Below are positions 26,889-40,755 of a stretch of DNA of 64,000 nucleotides, piece after piece. A program made the translations under genes and the position numbers. Positions within the stretch are counted from its first letter, which is position 1. Every line of letters starts with the position of its first letter. Origin of the DNA: Adineta vaga (Eukaryota > Animalia > Rotifera); contig CP075494.1 in NCBI GenBank assembly GCA_021613535.1, positions 7,688,001 to 7,752,000 of the forward strand, read 5' to 3'. Below the pieces are notes generated by a model. That model was not told the DNA's origin. It worked only from the letters and a program-made list of their open reading frames with translations, and ran no database searches.

Positions 26889-27680
26889 ATGTCAATAAAT
26901 AATAGTGCTGCGTCAACATCATCTTTTTTTCAATCAGATGTATGGAATTTTTCAGTTTATATTATCGTTACCTATCAAATTGTCTTTTGGTTATGTAACA
27001 GTATTTTAATCTTTATTGAATTATTTGATATACCTTCGATTGATCAATACCGAATACAAAAACAGAAGAAAAAATTACGTTTTCAACCAGAAATTATTCG
27101 TTTAATGATTAAAGAAACAATTCAACATGAAATATCATCAATATTTCTTGTACCAATACTTTATTATATTTTCGAATATTTTGGTCATGTAGATTTACAT
27201 GGTAATCGACCGAATTGGTCAACAAGTCTTTTTCAAATTTGTCTATTCATTCTTTCTGAAGATACAATCTTCTTTTGGACACATTATTTATTTCATACAC
27301 CATGGTTATATAAAAATATCCATAAAAAACATCATGTCTATAAGCAACCTACCGGTGTAACTGCTGTTTTAAGTGATCCTATTGAAGCTGTACAAACACA
27401 AATCGCTATGTGGTTTATGCCCGTATTTTTAAAAGATACACATATTTTTACGCTATGTCTATGGGTGGCAATTCGAGTCTATCAAACAGTTGCAGCCCAT
27501 TCGGGATATAATTTTCCATATATAACAACGCAATATTGGTTACCGGAATTGATGCCCGGTGCAATTGCACATGATTTTCATCATCAACATGGAAAATGGA
27601 ATTATGGTTCGTTTTTTTCTCTTTGGGATCAACTGATGGGAACACATAGACTTACAGCGAGTACTAAATCTGTTAATTAA
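26889..27680 (+). CDS. Fatty acid hydroxylase / sterol desaturase superfamily protein (C-4 methylsterol oxidase ERG25/MSMO-like), intronless
   Basis: Di-iron histidine boxes HYLFH, HKKHH, AHSGY and HDFHH, the NYGSFFSLWDQLMGT motif, and hydrophobic segments. First ATG at 26889. Confidence 0.88.
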   Translation: MSINNSAASTSSFFQSDVWNFSVYIIVTYQIVFWLCNSILIFIELFDIPSIDQYRIQKQKKKLRFQPEIIRLMIKETIQHEISSIFLVPILYYIFEYFGHVDLHGNRPNWSTSLFQICLFILSEDTIFFWTHYLFHTPWLYKNIHKKHHVYKQPTGVTAVLSDPIEAVQTQIAMWFMPVFLKDTHIFTLCLWVAIRVYQTVAAHSGYNFPYITTQYWLPELMPGAIAHDFHHQHGKWNYGSFFSLWDQLMGTHRLTASTKSVN

Positions 27681-28397
27681 TTTTGATGTCTTGTAATAAA
27701 ATAAACTTCGATTTTATTTTTGTATTTACTCGATAAGTTTTTCATTGACAAAAGATTTCTCTGTATGAATATATGCATGTTACTTTTATTCTTTTTTAAT
27801 CATATACTTTATTATACATACTTATATAATCTTCTCTCCCTTTAGACTTCGTCATTTTTCATTCATTATAAACCTAAGAAGAGAAATGTATGTTATGGTA
27901 CATATTTATATACAAAGGAGACAGTATAAAGAAATTGCTGATAGTAATATTTATTAGATTCTTACTATGACCAAGTTTTTTTCTCTCTTTCTTCCTCTCC
28001 GTCAATAGTAGACAAGAGAAAAATGAAAGAAAAACTATTTTTATTTCAACAACAGAAAAAGTATCATTTTCGTTGATAAGAAAAGATTTAACTTTTTATA
28101 TTCAACCTTAATCCTAACTTTTACCTAGTTAAACAGCATTCATGTAGTTTTTCTTTTCGCTCCTCCTCCACCTCCGTTAATTTTGATGATACATCAATCT
28201 TGATTTTCAATTTCATTTCTGCATGTTGAGTCATAAGAATCAATGATTCATCATACTTTTGTTTTGTTTTTACTAAAAAAGGAGAAAGAGGTGAAGGTGA
28301 ATGAGTCATAGGTATGATATAAAAACTACCCATGTTATATACTCTAGATAAATAAACTGTTTTACCATTTTATCTTTTTTTAAAATATTCAACGAAC

Positions 28398-31163
28398 ATG
28401 TCTTCTTCATCATTTAATGCTTACCGCAATACGAATACGAATCGATCAAATAATTCAGATGAGAGTGGTTCAAATGATTTAAAACATAGCATACGTGAAA
28501 GTCGATGGATTCAACCTGAACAATGGAAATTACCTGAAGTTGAACAAAAATTTGAAAAAGTAAAAAAAAAGTAAAATAAAACTCAACATTCGAAATCTTT
28601 TTCTTCATTGAAGGGAGCAATTGAATTCAATGAAGTTCATGCTATGTTACAACAACTTGGAATCAAAGTTGAAAGATTCGAATTGAATAAAATACTTGAT
28701 ACACATGATAAAAATAAAGATAGAAAGCTAAGTAAAGATGAATTTGAAGAGGTAAGAATATTCGTTTTTCTTTGTCTGTATTCATTGATTTATTTTTTCA
28801 TAGCTTTATTTAAAATTACGTGCGGAGAAAGATCCAGGAAGTACATGGAATAAAACCGTCAAACCAATTGCTGGTGGTGCTGTTGATCAATATAAAACTA
28901 GAAGATTACATGAAATTAGTGAAGATGATTCAAGTCCTTCAACTGTAGAAAAACTTCAAGAAACATCTGGTCCATACCACAGTGTTCTCGTTGAAGAACG
29001 TGTCTGGACAGCAAATTGGGTGAATCAGTATGTGATTATTCTTTTCATAATGAAAAATGAATTTTGTTTTTCTTTCTTTTTTCCAAATAGACTTCTTGCA
29101 GATGATGCACATTTGAATTTACGTGCTAATCCAATTGATACTCAAGATCCACAAGGATTGTATAAACGTTGTCAAGATGGTATTTTACTTTGGTATGAAG
29201 AAAAAAAGCTTGAATTGTCAGAAAAAAAGAATTGAACTTGATATTTTAGTAAACTAATCAATATTGCTGTACCGAAAACAATTGATGAACGAGCAATCAA
29301 TTTGAATCTTAATAAACAAGATATCTTTCGTCAAAGTGAAAATTTAGAGCTTGGTAAGATGAGATTAGTTTTTTTTTTCAGAGAAAATTATTTTCTTCGT
29401 TTTTATTAGCAATCAATTCGGCTCGTGGTATCGGTTGTAAAGTGGTTAATATTCATCCGGAAAATATTTCCAAAGCAGTACCACATCTTGTTATGGGACT
29501 TTTATGGCAAATCATTCGAGTAAAACACTTTGTCTTTATTTCCAAAAGGAAAACGAATACGAATTCATGTTTGATTAGATTCAATTAACTCATGAAATCA
29601 ATTTGAAACATGTACCCGGCTTAGTTCTTCTTCTACGTGATGGTGAAACTGCTGAAGATCTATTGAAATTATCACCTGAAGAATTATTACTTCGTTGGGT
29701 TAATTATCAACTTCAACGTTCACAATATAAAGGCAAACCTGTATCAAATTTTAGCAATGATATTAAAGTAAATAATACATTATTTACTCGAAAGAAAGTT
29801 TTTAATATTTTTTGTACGACTGTTTAGAATTCGGAAGCGTATACTTATCTCTTGAATGTTATTGCACCGGCGAATACAAAACCAGCATTGACATTAAATC
29901 CATTGAATGTAAGAAAACGTTTTTTTGATATATTGAAAGAGATATTCATTTTTTTTTGTATCGAATATAGGAAAATGATTTACAACAACGAGCTGAATTG
30001 ATGTTAAAAGAATCTGATAAGATTAAAGCACGTGCACATATTACACCAGATGATGTTGTCAAAGGAAATCCACGTCTTAATTTTGCGTATGTTTAGTTTT
30101 TCACTGACGAATTCATAGAATTTTTATTGGTTCTATTCATTTAGTTTTGTCGCAAATTTATTCAATACATATCCAGCATTGGATTTACCCACGGAACAAA
30201 TTCTTCTACCAGATGTTGTTATTGAAGAAACTCGAGAAGAGAAAACTTATCGAAATTTTATCAATAGTTTAGGATTTGAACCACATGTGAACTATCTTTA
30301 CTCTGATCTATGCGATGGTTTAATTATACTTCAGGTAAATATCATTGGTAGAAATCTAAACGAAATTATTCTATCTTTATTTAGCTCTATGATATTATCC
30401 GTCCAAATACAGTTGATTGGTCGAAAATCTACAAAACATTCAATGCAATTAAAGAACGTTTTCAAAAACTTAGTAAATAGAATTTCTTTCACAATATAAA
30501 AAATGTATATTTCGGATATGTTTGTTTTTTCCTTAGATAATTGCAATTTTGCTGTAACTTATGCAAAAGAACCGTTATACTTTAAAGTAACAGGTATTGG
30601 TGGTTCGGATATTTTAGAAGGTAATAAAACTTTAACACTTGGTCTTGTTTGGCAAATCATGCGAGCATATACATTATCAATTCTTCAAAAATTGGCTAAA
30701 TCAACGACACCAATTGCCGATAAAGATATTATCAATTGGGCAAATGAAAAAGTAAGAAATATATATTATTGAATTCAATTTCTATTCACATTGAATTTTT
30801 TAGTTAAAAAGTGCGAATAAACATACGTTCTTAAACAGTTTTCAAGATTCAGCATTAAGTGATTCAATGCTTATTTGTGATTTAATTGACGCAATTAAAC
30901 CAGGTTCAATTCAGTATAATTTATTGAAAACATCTGGAACATCTGAAGTATGTTTTACCATTTCATTTGCTTGAGTTATTTTGATCAATCATTTATCTAT
31001 TTAGGCTAAAATGGATAATGCTTTGTATGCAATTTCGATTGCACGAAAAATTGGTGCTCGTATCTATGCATTACCGGAAGATATTGTTGAAACAAAACAG
31101 AAAATGCTTTTAACTGTATTTGCATGTCTTATGGCAAGTGATTTACTTGTTATGAAGAATTAA
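28398..31163 (+). CDS. PLS: Plastin/fimbrin (EF-hand plus four CH domains)
   Basis: EF-hand [90 protein letters not shown] and YALPEDIVE. Confidence 0.96.
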
Positions 31164-32398
31164 CCTTATGATTATTTTGCTTGATGAAAACACATTCTTT
31201 TATTCTTTCCTTTTTTTCTGCATGTGATGTTCAACGCTAATACATACATTCTGTACATGTGAAATTAATTTAATTTCGTGTTTGTCTTTTAATTATTATG
31301 ACATAAATAATGAAATGAATTAGAGAGAAAAAGAAATTGAAATCTATTCGATAAAATAGTACGAGTTAAAAACTTCGTTCTACTATCATTTGACGAACAT
31401 TGTTTCGTGACTTGACAGAATAAGTTTTTGCTTTGTAAGTATAGTTGTTGTCCAACGAAATTTATATTTGCAATAACAAAGAATTGAAACAAAAACAGAA
31501 AACAACTTGAATTGATTTTGTTTTTACGCTCATTTCAATAATGATTCAAAGAAAATTTGTCCACGTTTATAGCAAACATTGATAGAACAAAACAAGAAAT
31601 GAGAGTTTATTGTCGAAACATTTAATATATGAACAAATAATGTTCACAATTTCAATTTATGGATAAATCATTGTTTTTAATCAACGATGTTATGTTTATT
31701 ATATAATTCTTAGGATCGAAATTTGTCCTCATCGAACAAAAACCTCATTTTGTTGACATAAAGATGAATCTAGTCGAACGAGTCAGGTATTTCTTCGTAA
31801 AACATTTACTATTCGATTGCGATTCTATTCATATATGTCTTGAAAAGTAATATATTGCATAAGTGGTCAATTAACAGATCCATTCTCGTTATGCATGATT
31901 TTTTTGTCCATAGGCCACATTCACTAACGAAAATATGAAGAGAAAGTGCGAAATACTTGTATCACCAGTATTTCTTCTCTCTTTCTCTCTCTCTCTTTTC
32001 GTAATCGAACAATAGGTTAAAATGCATTAATCATCTACTTGAATATTGTATCGATTTTTGTGCAATGTTTTCATTGTCAAGGTAAAAAAAAATTAGAGAC
32101 ATTAAATGTAGAAAATGTGATCCGCTTTTAGTTGAAAGACGAAGGAGAGTATCGAATAGAGATGTTTGACTTTGAATGTGACGAAAGAATAATTTTTTTT
32201 CTTCTTTTCTTTTCAATTGTTCTGAAACAAGAATCTCCTCTCTCTCTCTCTCTCTTTGCATGGTGTGCATTTATTTCTTGCCTTTCATTATACAAAGATA
32301 CAAACGATTACAAAATATTAGCATTACCATTGTCATGAAAGGTCTATTGATGGTATTTAATTAAACTTAATTAATTTGAAAAAAAAACACAGAAAAAA

Positions 32399-34186
32399 AT
32401 GCCAACCAATTGTTCAACATTAATTCAACGCAAACAGAATATTTTTCATAAAATTTTACGAAGTAAAAGTGAACGCAAATCTTTGAATGGTAAGAAGAAA
32501 GAATATTTTTAAATTGACCTAATAACTTTGTTTTTTCGCCTTTTTTTCCATTGTTTACTGAAATCATATGCTAAGTAATAATATAATCATTGCCATGACA
32601 TGAATAAAATTAAGGTCATAGGATGAATCATAATACTTTGTTTCTTTTGTAGTTGTTAATGAAAATCCATCTAATTCACATTTATCTACTTCTCGAAAAC
32701 CTTCGGATCATTCACCTTCTCCTAATCATTTGATCGTTGATTCTCCTGGATCATCACCAGCACGTCGATCAAATATCTTTACTATAAATCGAATACAACC
32801 GACTACGGAACATATCTATGAAAAACACTTACCACCAGCTCGAGATGCACCATCCCCATACGTTCAACAACAACAACACTCTCGTGCATATGATGACGTA
32901 CGTTCACGTTCTCGTTCGAAAACTCCTATTGGAGGTGCTAGTCCAAAAGGTCCTCAACGTTCTTTATCAGCTTCTATTTCATCTATATTTAATGCATTTT
33001 CCAAACGTTCGACAGAAAATCTTGTAGGTTCAAATGGCGACATCACTGAATTAAAAATAACATCTAGTCGACGTTCTCGACCATTAAGTACGGAAAATAG
33101 TAGACGTAAAGTTGATACTAATCATGTACCTACCAAACAAATAAATGTGACACCACAAAAACAATCTGTAGATAGTAGAATTGATAGTCGATATTCTACA
33201 AATCGACCGGAAACCGCTCATCAACAACGAACACCTCTACATTCAGCACGAGTTCGTCTCAATGTACCCAATGTGCATGTTGAAAGTCCACTTATGAATG
33301 AAATGTTAACAAAAGAACAAACAAATACTGGTACATTTACATTCTTTCACTTTTAATGCCTATTTCATTGTTATTTTTTGTTCTTCTTCAAGGTTCAATT
33401 TATCAACGACGTACAAATAATAGTATTAGATCACCAATTAAACAAAAAATTGATAAATATCGTCGTCGTTCAGAAGAAACTACACAAGCCGGAAATGGAA
33501 CAACGAACGGTGGACATGCTGGTATTCCAACGACTACATTCATATTGAATAGTCCATCATCAACTCGTTCGAAACCACAAGCATCGCCATCATCTGTTCG
33601 TCGTGTGACATCCGATGCTGAAGTATTTCGTTTGTCAATGGATTCAAATGTTATTCATATTGATCAAACAAATACAAATGGTCAACATCGTCTTAAACCT
33701 GCACATATCTATTCTACACATCAACAATTAGTTCCTGCAACTACTACTTATACAACTTCTATATCTCATCGACGACCCTATCAAATTCCAGCTGCAACTC
33801 CAATTCAACCACATCCAAATATTAATCATGGAAAACAACGACAATCATCAGCGAAACAATCAACAACAACAGGAAATAATCAAGGAAATATGTATTTAGC
33901 TTTTATTGCATCACGTCATTTATCGACATTAGAAGCTAATGTACCTGAATATGATATGGATCATCCTCGATTAATACGAATATTTACATGGCTTCAAAAT
34001 ATTGAAGAACATCGACATGAACAAACTGATCATGATATTTTAATTGCTGAACAAAATCAACGAATGTTAGATCGAGAAGAAGATTTTTCTTTATATTCAG
34101 AAATTCAACATGCTGTTGATGATATACCAGCAAATACAAATGGAGAACCATGTGAAAGAATTCCCACAATAGCATTTGAAGATTAA
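32399..34186 (+). CDS. Uncharacterised low-complexity protein (3 exons) with a short ordered C-terminal segment
   Basis: Exons 32399-32489, 32653-33331 and 33393-34186 join in frame via phase-1 GT-AG introns. S/T/R/P-rich body, and C-terminal HPRLIRIFTWLQNIEE. Confidence 0.65.
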
Positions 34187-34430
34187 AGTCTTATAAATAT
34201 TCAGTAACAATGCATGGTTGGTGTTTTTCGTTTGTTTTTTTCTTATTTTATTTTCTTGTTTAAAACGGATTGTGCATAAAAGAACAGTCTTTTTCTTTTC
34301 TATGAACTACATAAAATCATCGTATTGGGATAAGACACTGATGTAATCATGATTGTTTTACCAGTTGCACTATTATTCTCTTTCTCGAAGAATATTCCGT
34401 AAACAGAACATGTAAATGGATCAAATTTAT

Positions 34431-35355
34431 TCATTGTGAACTATGAGATGAACTATCTTCTCTTTCCATATCGTATGCAGACAATGCTTCACCTGTATAA
34501 TAAAGTACTGCTTTTGGTAGAATTTGTTGTTTTAACAATAATCCAAATTCAAAATCAGCTTCTAGTAGAATTTGATCTTCATCATTCATTTCATGAATTC
34601 CATTTTCAGGAATGATTGGTGGTGAAAAGAAATGGAAAAATGATCGAATCGATTCTTCTACTTGTATTAAACGAATTTCACCTGAGATTTTATTTTGTTG
34701 TCGTTTATTTCGTTTTCGAAGAGTTAAATTATGATTGGGATTCCATGTTATTGTACAACCCTGACAGTGATCAATTTCTGGTCCATCATATGATCGATAT
34801 GGATAGGAATCATCGCATTGAAATCGAATCGAATAAGATTTTGTTAGAATTGTTTCCGTAAAGAATGGATTTATGGGTGAAAAGTGAAAGTCAAGTCTAA
34901 AACTTGTTGTTTGAAAAGTAGGTGGATTGAGATGACAACGAATATCTCTTAGATATTTTAAACATGTTTCATCCCGTGATTGAATTGAATAATCATATGA
35001 ATCGAGATTTTTCAATATTGTTAGCCAAAAATTCGGTATTCCTCTATTGATAAGATCTAAAGATGCAACTGTTGTTCAACTTCTTTCAAGATATTCAATT
35101 ACTGTTCGATGTATTTTCTGTTGATACTGATTCAAGATGTGAAGATTCATGTAAACCATCAATAATCTGTCGTCTTTGTTCTAAAATTTGTTCAAATTGA
35201 GGATTATAGGTATATTGTAATTGTTGAAGTTGTCGATGAAATTCAACACGTAAACGAAAGTATTCAGCTTGATAATTCAGTAAAGCATTTATTCGATGTT
35301 GAATACTCGGCTGACAATTTGACCAAATACTTAATGATGAACGTGGAATATTCAT
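34431..35355 (-). CDS. Nucleosome assembly protein 1-like (NAP family), short paralogue
   Basis: RINALLNYQ, GIPNFWLTILKN, NPFFTETILTKSY, YDGPEIDHCQGCTITW, SFFHFFSPP and LEADFEFG...PKAVLYYTGEA. One short intron (34 or 46 nt; both AG options restore the frame). Confidence 0.88.
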
Positions 35356-37567
35356 CAATGATTTCGAAATTAAATTGATATTTTCAAGTTTAAATCGCGC
35401 GTATATTTAGAAGGAATTCGAAAAATAATGCAACTGATCTCATTTGTTACATACTTCAACGTACAGGTCAATGATAAAATCTTAAAAGATACGTCATGAA
35501 CAACTACACATAGAATGTTTTGAACTGTTTTTTTTTGTGCTAATTCATATGAGAGCTATTATTGTTCGAAAGTGTTCCTTTACATTCAAAAATCATCACA
35601 TCATTATTGTTTTGAATAGAAGGAAGATTATCCCATTTTGTTCCTCATTAACATCTTTAAATTGAAATGAAGTTGACAATTAACATAAGCACTAGGTGTA
35701 TTTTTCTTAAGCATTCTTCACAGAAATATTGTCAATCATTCTTTTAAATAATCAATTTTGAATGAAAAAATAAATCTAACACTTTGATATTAGATGAAAA
35801 TGTTTCATCAACTCATGGCATTATAAGCTAAACATAATCATCAGAAGAGAAAAGCGTGTGAAAGCTTGACATTGTTTGTCGCAGCTTGATTTCAGATCTT
35901 TTCCTTTAATGTTTTGTTTTAAGAGTCTACTAGTCATTTGTCAGCTTGGTGATTGAAGAATTGTTAATGATGCAGTCGATCGATTCTAGACGACATGTCA
36001 AGAAATTGGAATAGAGAGATACTCGATACGGATGAAGGAGATAGGAAACAAAAAATAAAACGGTCAATTGAACTTTTCGTTTGTATACAAATCGGATGAA
36101 AACACACCAAAGAAGTGAGCTTCTGGTCATCACTAATGATAATAGTGTTTATAGTATCAAGGCATTCGTGTTTATTTATCAAGTACAAAGAAACAGTTGA
36201 AATTGTATTACATTTTTTTATTTTATTTTACTGCTAAGTGTATATTAATATTCATGATTTTATGTGATAATCATCAGACGATTGTCCCATGAGATTTTGT
36301 TCTCGAAAGTGTCATTCAATAATAATAGTGTTGGTCATTAGGGGTTACAGATTTATCATTCCTATACATCAACAGCTTGCTTCTATATATATATATATAT
36401 ATATAGAGTTCGATAACAAAAAAAAGGAAACTTATTCACACCTGAATGATGAAGTGTGAGAAAATCTAATTTTCACCACATAAAGAAAACAATCAATTAT
36501 CGATTGCTCATATGACGACATGCGTATAGAGACGACTTGTTTATTTCATGTCTTCAACATTACAATATATCGCTATGGCTTCCGGAATGTAATTCGCTTG
36601 AAGGCAAAATGTTGCTTATCAAGTCATTCAATCATTAGTCGACGCGTCACTTCGTATTTCAATGGACAAAATAAGATATGAATGAGATAGTAGAAGATGT
36701 CAACTAGCATGTAGAAAAAAAACCGGAAAGTCTTTCTATGTTAAGATTATCATTATCACCTTTTAGTGATATTGAAACATTCGTATGTACATATGTATCC
36801 TTTTCGATCGAAATGTACATATATATATATATATCCGGATGACATGCAAACTTCCTACTGTGAGACGCTAATTTTCTTTTTCTTCAAGCAATATGTCTCG
36901 AAAAGCAATAGAGAATAAGAATGAGTGAACAGCATCGTTAATTGAAGTGACAGTTGACGTAAGTACAGTGCAACTAGAAATTCATTATGTATTCTGCTCT
37001 CTTTTTTCCCCTATTGTTCATGTCGTTTAACTGAAGGAGAACGAATGACCAAACTACTTGCAACTATTCTCTCCTGAGACATTAATATGTCGTTTTCTCT
37101 TCATCTCTCTTTTTTTTCCAATGTTCAAAATGAACATTCACGTTTCTTTTCATGTATCATATGGTACATGATGTGATAATGATTTTATTGAAACAAAGGA
37201 AACAGATCAGAATTTGGTATGTTACTTTTCTGAATGATATGAAATAAAATTTAGAACAAAAATGTATATTAGTTTTTTGTATACATAGATAGACATACTC
37301 CTCTTTCCTCAAGAGAGATAGACACTAATCGTACATTTTTTTCTCTCCTTTCTTTTCTCTCTTTCTCTTACATCAAGAGAAAGAGAGAGAGAGAAATCAA
37401 ATATCACTCAACAAGCTGCTTCATGCAGACATTCATATGACTGACTGTTTCTACTTGTGAGTAAAATCTAATCAGTGACAGGAGTGAGATAATCTGACAA
37501 CAACTTCTTTTTTTCAAAATAGTTCATTTTTTCGATTCACTCATCAACATCTGCTTGATTTCTTCAG

Positions 37568-39970
37568 ATGTATATTCTATTGTTTTTCTTCATCTTACCT
37601 TCATTTTCTTCTGAAATTAATGATTTCCAGACAGTTTGTCAAGCAGGTATTCGTCAAGATAATACTAAGTAAGTGTACAAAACTTTTCTATTGTATTCCA
37701 AATGTTCCTCTTCTAGTTATATTCATTGTGCTCGTAAACAATTAAAAGAAATTCCAAATTTTACTCGTATAACAAATACATTCTATGATGAACTCGTTCT
37801 TAATGATAATCAAATTACTGAAATATCTTCAAATGCTTTTCAAGGTCTACGTGTTAAACGTTTAAATCTTTCTGGAAATAAAATTCGTTCAATTTCGTCC
37901 GATGCGTTTTTAGAATTATCAAATTATCTCGAGGAATTAACCATTGAATTTGATCCGGAATCAATCCATCAAATTCCTGATGCCATTCAAATCAATTTAA
38001 TCAATTTACGTTCTTTAAAATTAATCGATTTAAATCTTACTCAATTGAAAAATCATACATTTAGTAAATTTCGTAAATTAGAAAGTCTTTCGATCATTAA
38101 ATCGAATGTAAAATCTCTTCAATCTGATGCATTTCATTCTCTTACAAATTTACGTTATTTAAATCTTGATCATAATCAATTGAATGATTCTTCATGGATA
38201 TCCTTAACAAAATATTTTCCTTATCTTGAAAATCTTAGTCTTAGTCAAAATCAATTTCATTCACTTAAACATACGAATATTTCGACATTGAAAATTCTTG
38301 ATCTATCATCAAATGGTTTACAATACATCGATTCGAATATTTTTCATTCATTAGAGAAACTTTTCTTACAAAATAATGAATTGAATTCGTTACAATTAAC
38401 ATTTTTATTTGCCTTGAAACATCTTACCGAATTAAATTTAGATTTTAATCGTTTAACATTTTTACCCGAGCGAATTTTTCAGTCGAATATTCATCTAAAA
38501 GATTTATCATTACAAGGAAATGATTTGAATTATCTAACAAATTATTCATTATTTGGTTTGAAGAATTTAATGCATTTAAATCTTGCTCGAAATCGTCTAC
38601 AATTTTCATCGAATTCTCAACCATTTCAATATGTATCATCATTAAAAATTCTTAATCTTGATCGAAATATTCAAATGAATCTAACTGAAAATATCTTTCG
38701 AGATTTATCTTCAAATTTAATTGAATTATCTCTACAAAATTGTAATTTAACAAATATAAATTATTCATTAAACTTCTTACAAAATCTTCAACGATTAAAA
38801 TTATCATCGAATTATTTAAAAGAATTACCTGACAATTTTCTCGATTCAAATTCTATTCTATCAATTGATTTACAACGAAATCTATTTACTTCTATTCCAA
38901 ATTTATCCTTAAAGAATTTGATTGATTTTGATTTAAGTTCAAATCAAATATCTGTAATAAACGAAGATGAGTTACGGAATTATCCGAAATTAAAAACAAT
39001 TGGTTTAACAGCAAATCCATTGATTTGTAATTGTCATTTGATATGGATTCAACAATGGTTACGAAAGAATTATGATCGAGATTTAGTCAAATTTTTACAA
39101 TGGACATGTGCACAACCAAAACATCTCGCAGGAAAACAATTGATAAATATCCATGAAGATGATTTGAATTGTGATCAAAATAAAAAGCTCATGTAAGTTA
39201 TTTTTCTAATTGACAAAAGTCAATAATCATTTTTTCCTACGTTTAGATATACATCAACCGATGTAGCAATAACATCGATGACATATACACCTTCGACAAT
39301 TGAAACAACAGTAGAAAATCTTATAATCAATGATGTGATATTTAATCCTAATGGTATCTTAGCAGTTTCCTGGACATATTTGTCAAGACGTTTACCAAAA
39401 TATTATCATTTAAAAATCTATGATGAAAAAACTTCTCGATTGATCTTTCAAAGTTTAATTACTGGTCAACAAAATTCGATTGAAATTGATCTATCATCTT
39501 ACCTTTCTAATGGTCCATTGAGTTCAATCATATGTTTAAATATTCGTCAAAAGAAATCATGTCAAAATTTAATCTTACAAATGAATACAAATATGTTTCA
39601 ATCAGCGTCACTTGTTTTATCAACAAATAAACCAAATAATACGGATCAATTTATTTATCTTCTAGGTGGAATTTTTCTTGGAGCAATTCTTGTCTGTTCA
39701 ATCTTAATTATCATTTGTTATTGTCGTCTTTGTTATCATTCAAAAGAACCGAAGACAATAGAGAAATCTTCGAAACCATTTTATTATCATCCATTAAATG
39801 TTATTAGTTATCCTCAACAACAAAGTAATAATACAAGTGAATGTTCATTACATTCATCGACAGATACAACAAGTCATTTACCTAATGATCCTTATCATAT
39901 TTATCAACAAATACCATCGATACACAACAATTGTCAAATATATTCAACCAGAACACACGTATTAGTTTAA
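37568..39970 (+). CDS. Type I transmembrane LRR receptor (signal peptide, LRRNT, many LRRs, LRRCT, FN3-like domain, TM, tail)
   Basis: Signal-like MYILLFFFILPSFSS, repeated LxxLxLxxN, NPLICNCHLIWI...C...C, TM LLGGIFLGAILVCSILIIIC, and a tail with HIYQQI ending in THVLV. Two in-frame GT-AG introns. Confidence 0.9.
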
Positions 39971-40755
39971 TTGAATTTTCCTATTTATTTTCATTCATTT
40001 GAACAAGTCAATATATAAATATGTATGATTTTATAGTAAAGATATTAATAAAGAAAAGGTTTGTTTTTCATATATCAATCGATTTCGTAATAGACTATTC
40101 TCTCATTTCATGCTATAATGACCATAGCTAATTGCCATTGGCATAGTTAAAAGACGGGCTATCTCTATTCTAGCATATAATTATCTCTTGCAGAGAGAGA
40201 GATGTTTTTCTTATATCGGATTACGTTCGTTTTCCTTGAACAACGAGAAATATGAAATAGAATATCTAACGACAAATGATTTCTTCTTTTTTGCACTCGA
40301 TTAAACATTTCATTTGAATAAAACAAAATCAAATCTTTGCACAACTTCAAGCGATTATTATTGTTCTGATCGACTGACAGACGGTCATCTTTTTCCTTTC
40401 AATGAAGCAATCAATCGATAACTTACTTTGCTTCTTATCTATCTGTCTGTCTGATGGTCTGTTGTCATCAATTATATTTCCTGCAGTGATCAAATGAAAC
40501 AATATTCGTCTACCTTCAACATCATGTGACAATCAATCTCATCTACAAGAAAAACAAATATGTTCAATCTCAAATCATTTTAGCGATCATCTTGTTTCTT
40601 TTCGCATGTCATTAAAAAATCATCTTTCCAACTGTGATCAAATGATGAATAATCACATTAGAATCATTGCTAGTCACGAATAGACAACCAGATGTTCGTA
40701 TTATTTTTAGGCAAAGAAAAAGAAATCGTCGATGTTGTTTTCTTTGAGATTGTAT

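Noticed and set aside
35930-36188. Overlapping short minus-strand ORFs in the NAP-LRR intergenic region
   Set aside because: Short, with no recognisable motif or splice context.
4290-37570. AG acceptors just upstream of several ATGs (HMBOX1, CCDC181-like, class V, LRR) as trans-splice sites
   Set aside because: Each has a plausible upstream GT donor (about 4291, 17754 or 18217, 22275, 37458), so cis 5'-UTR introns explain them.
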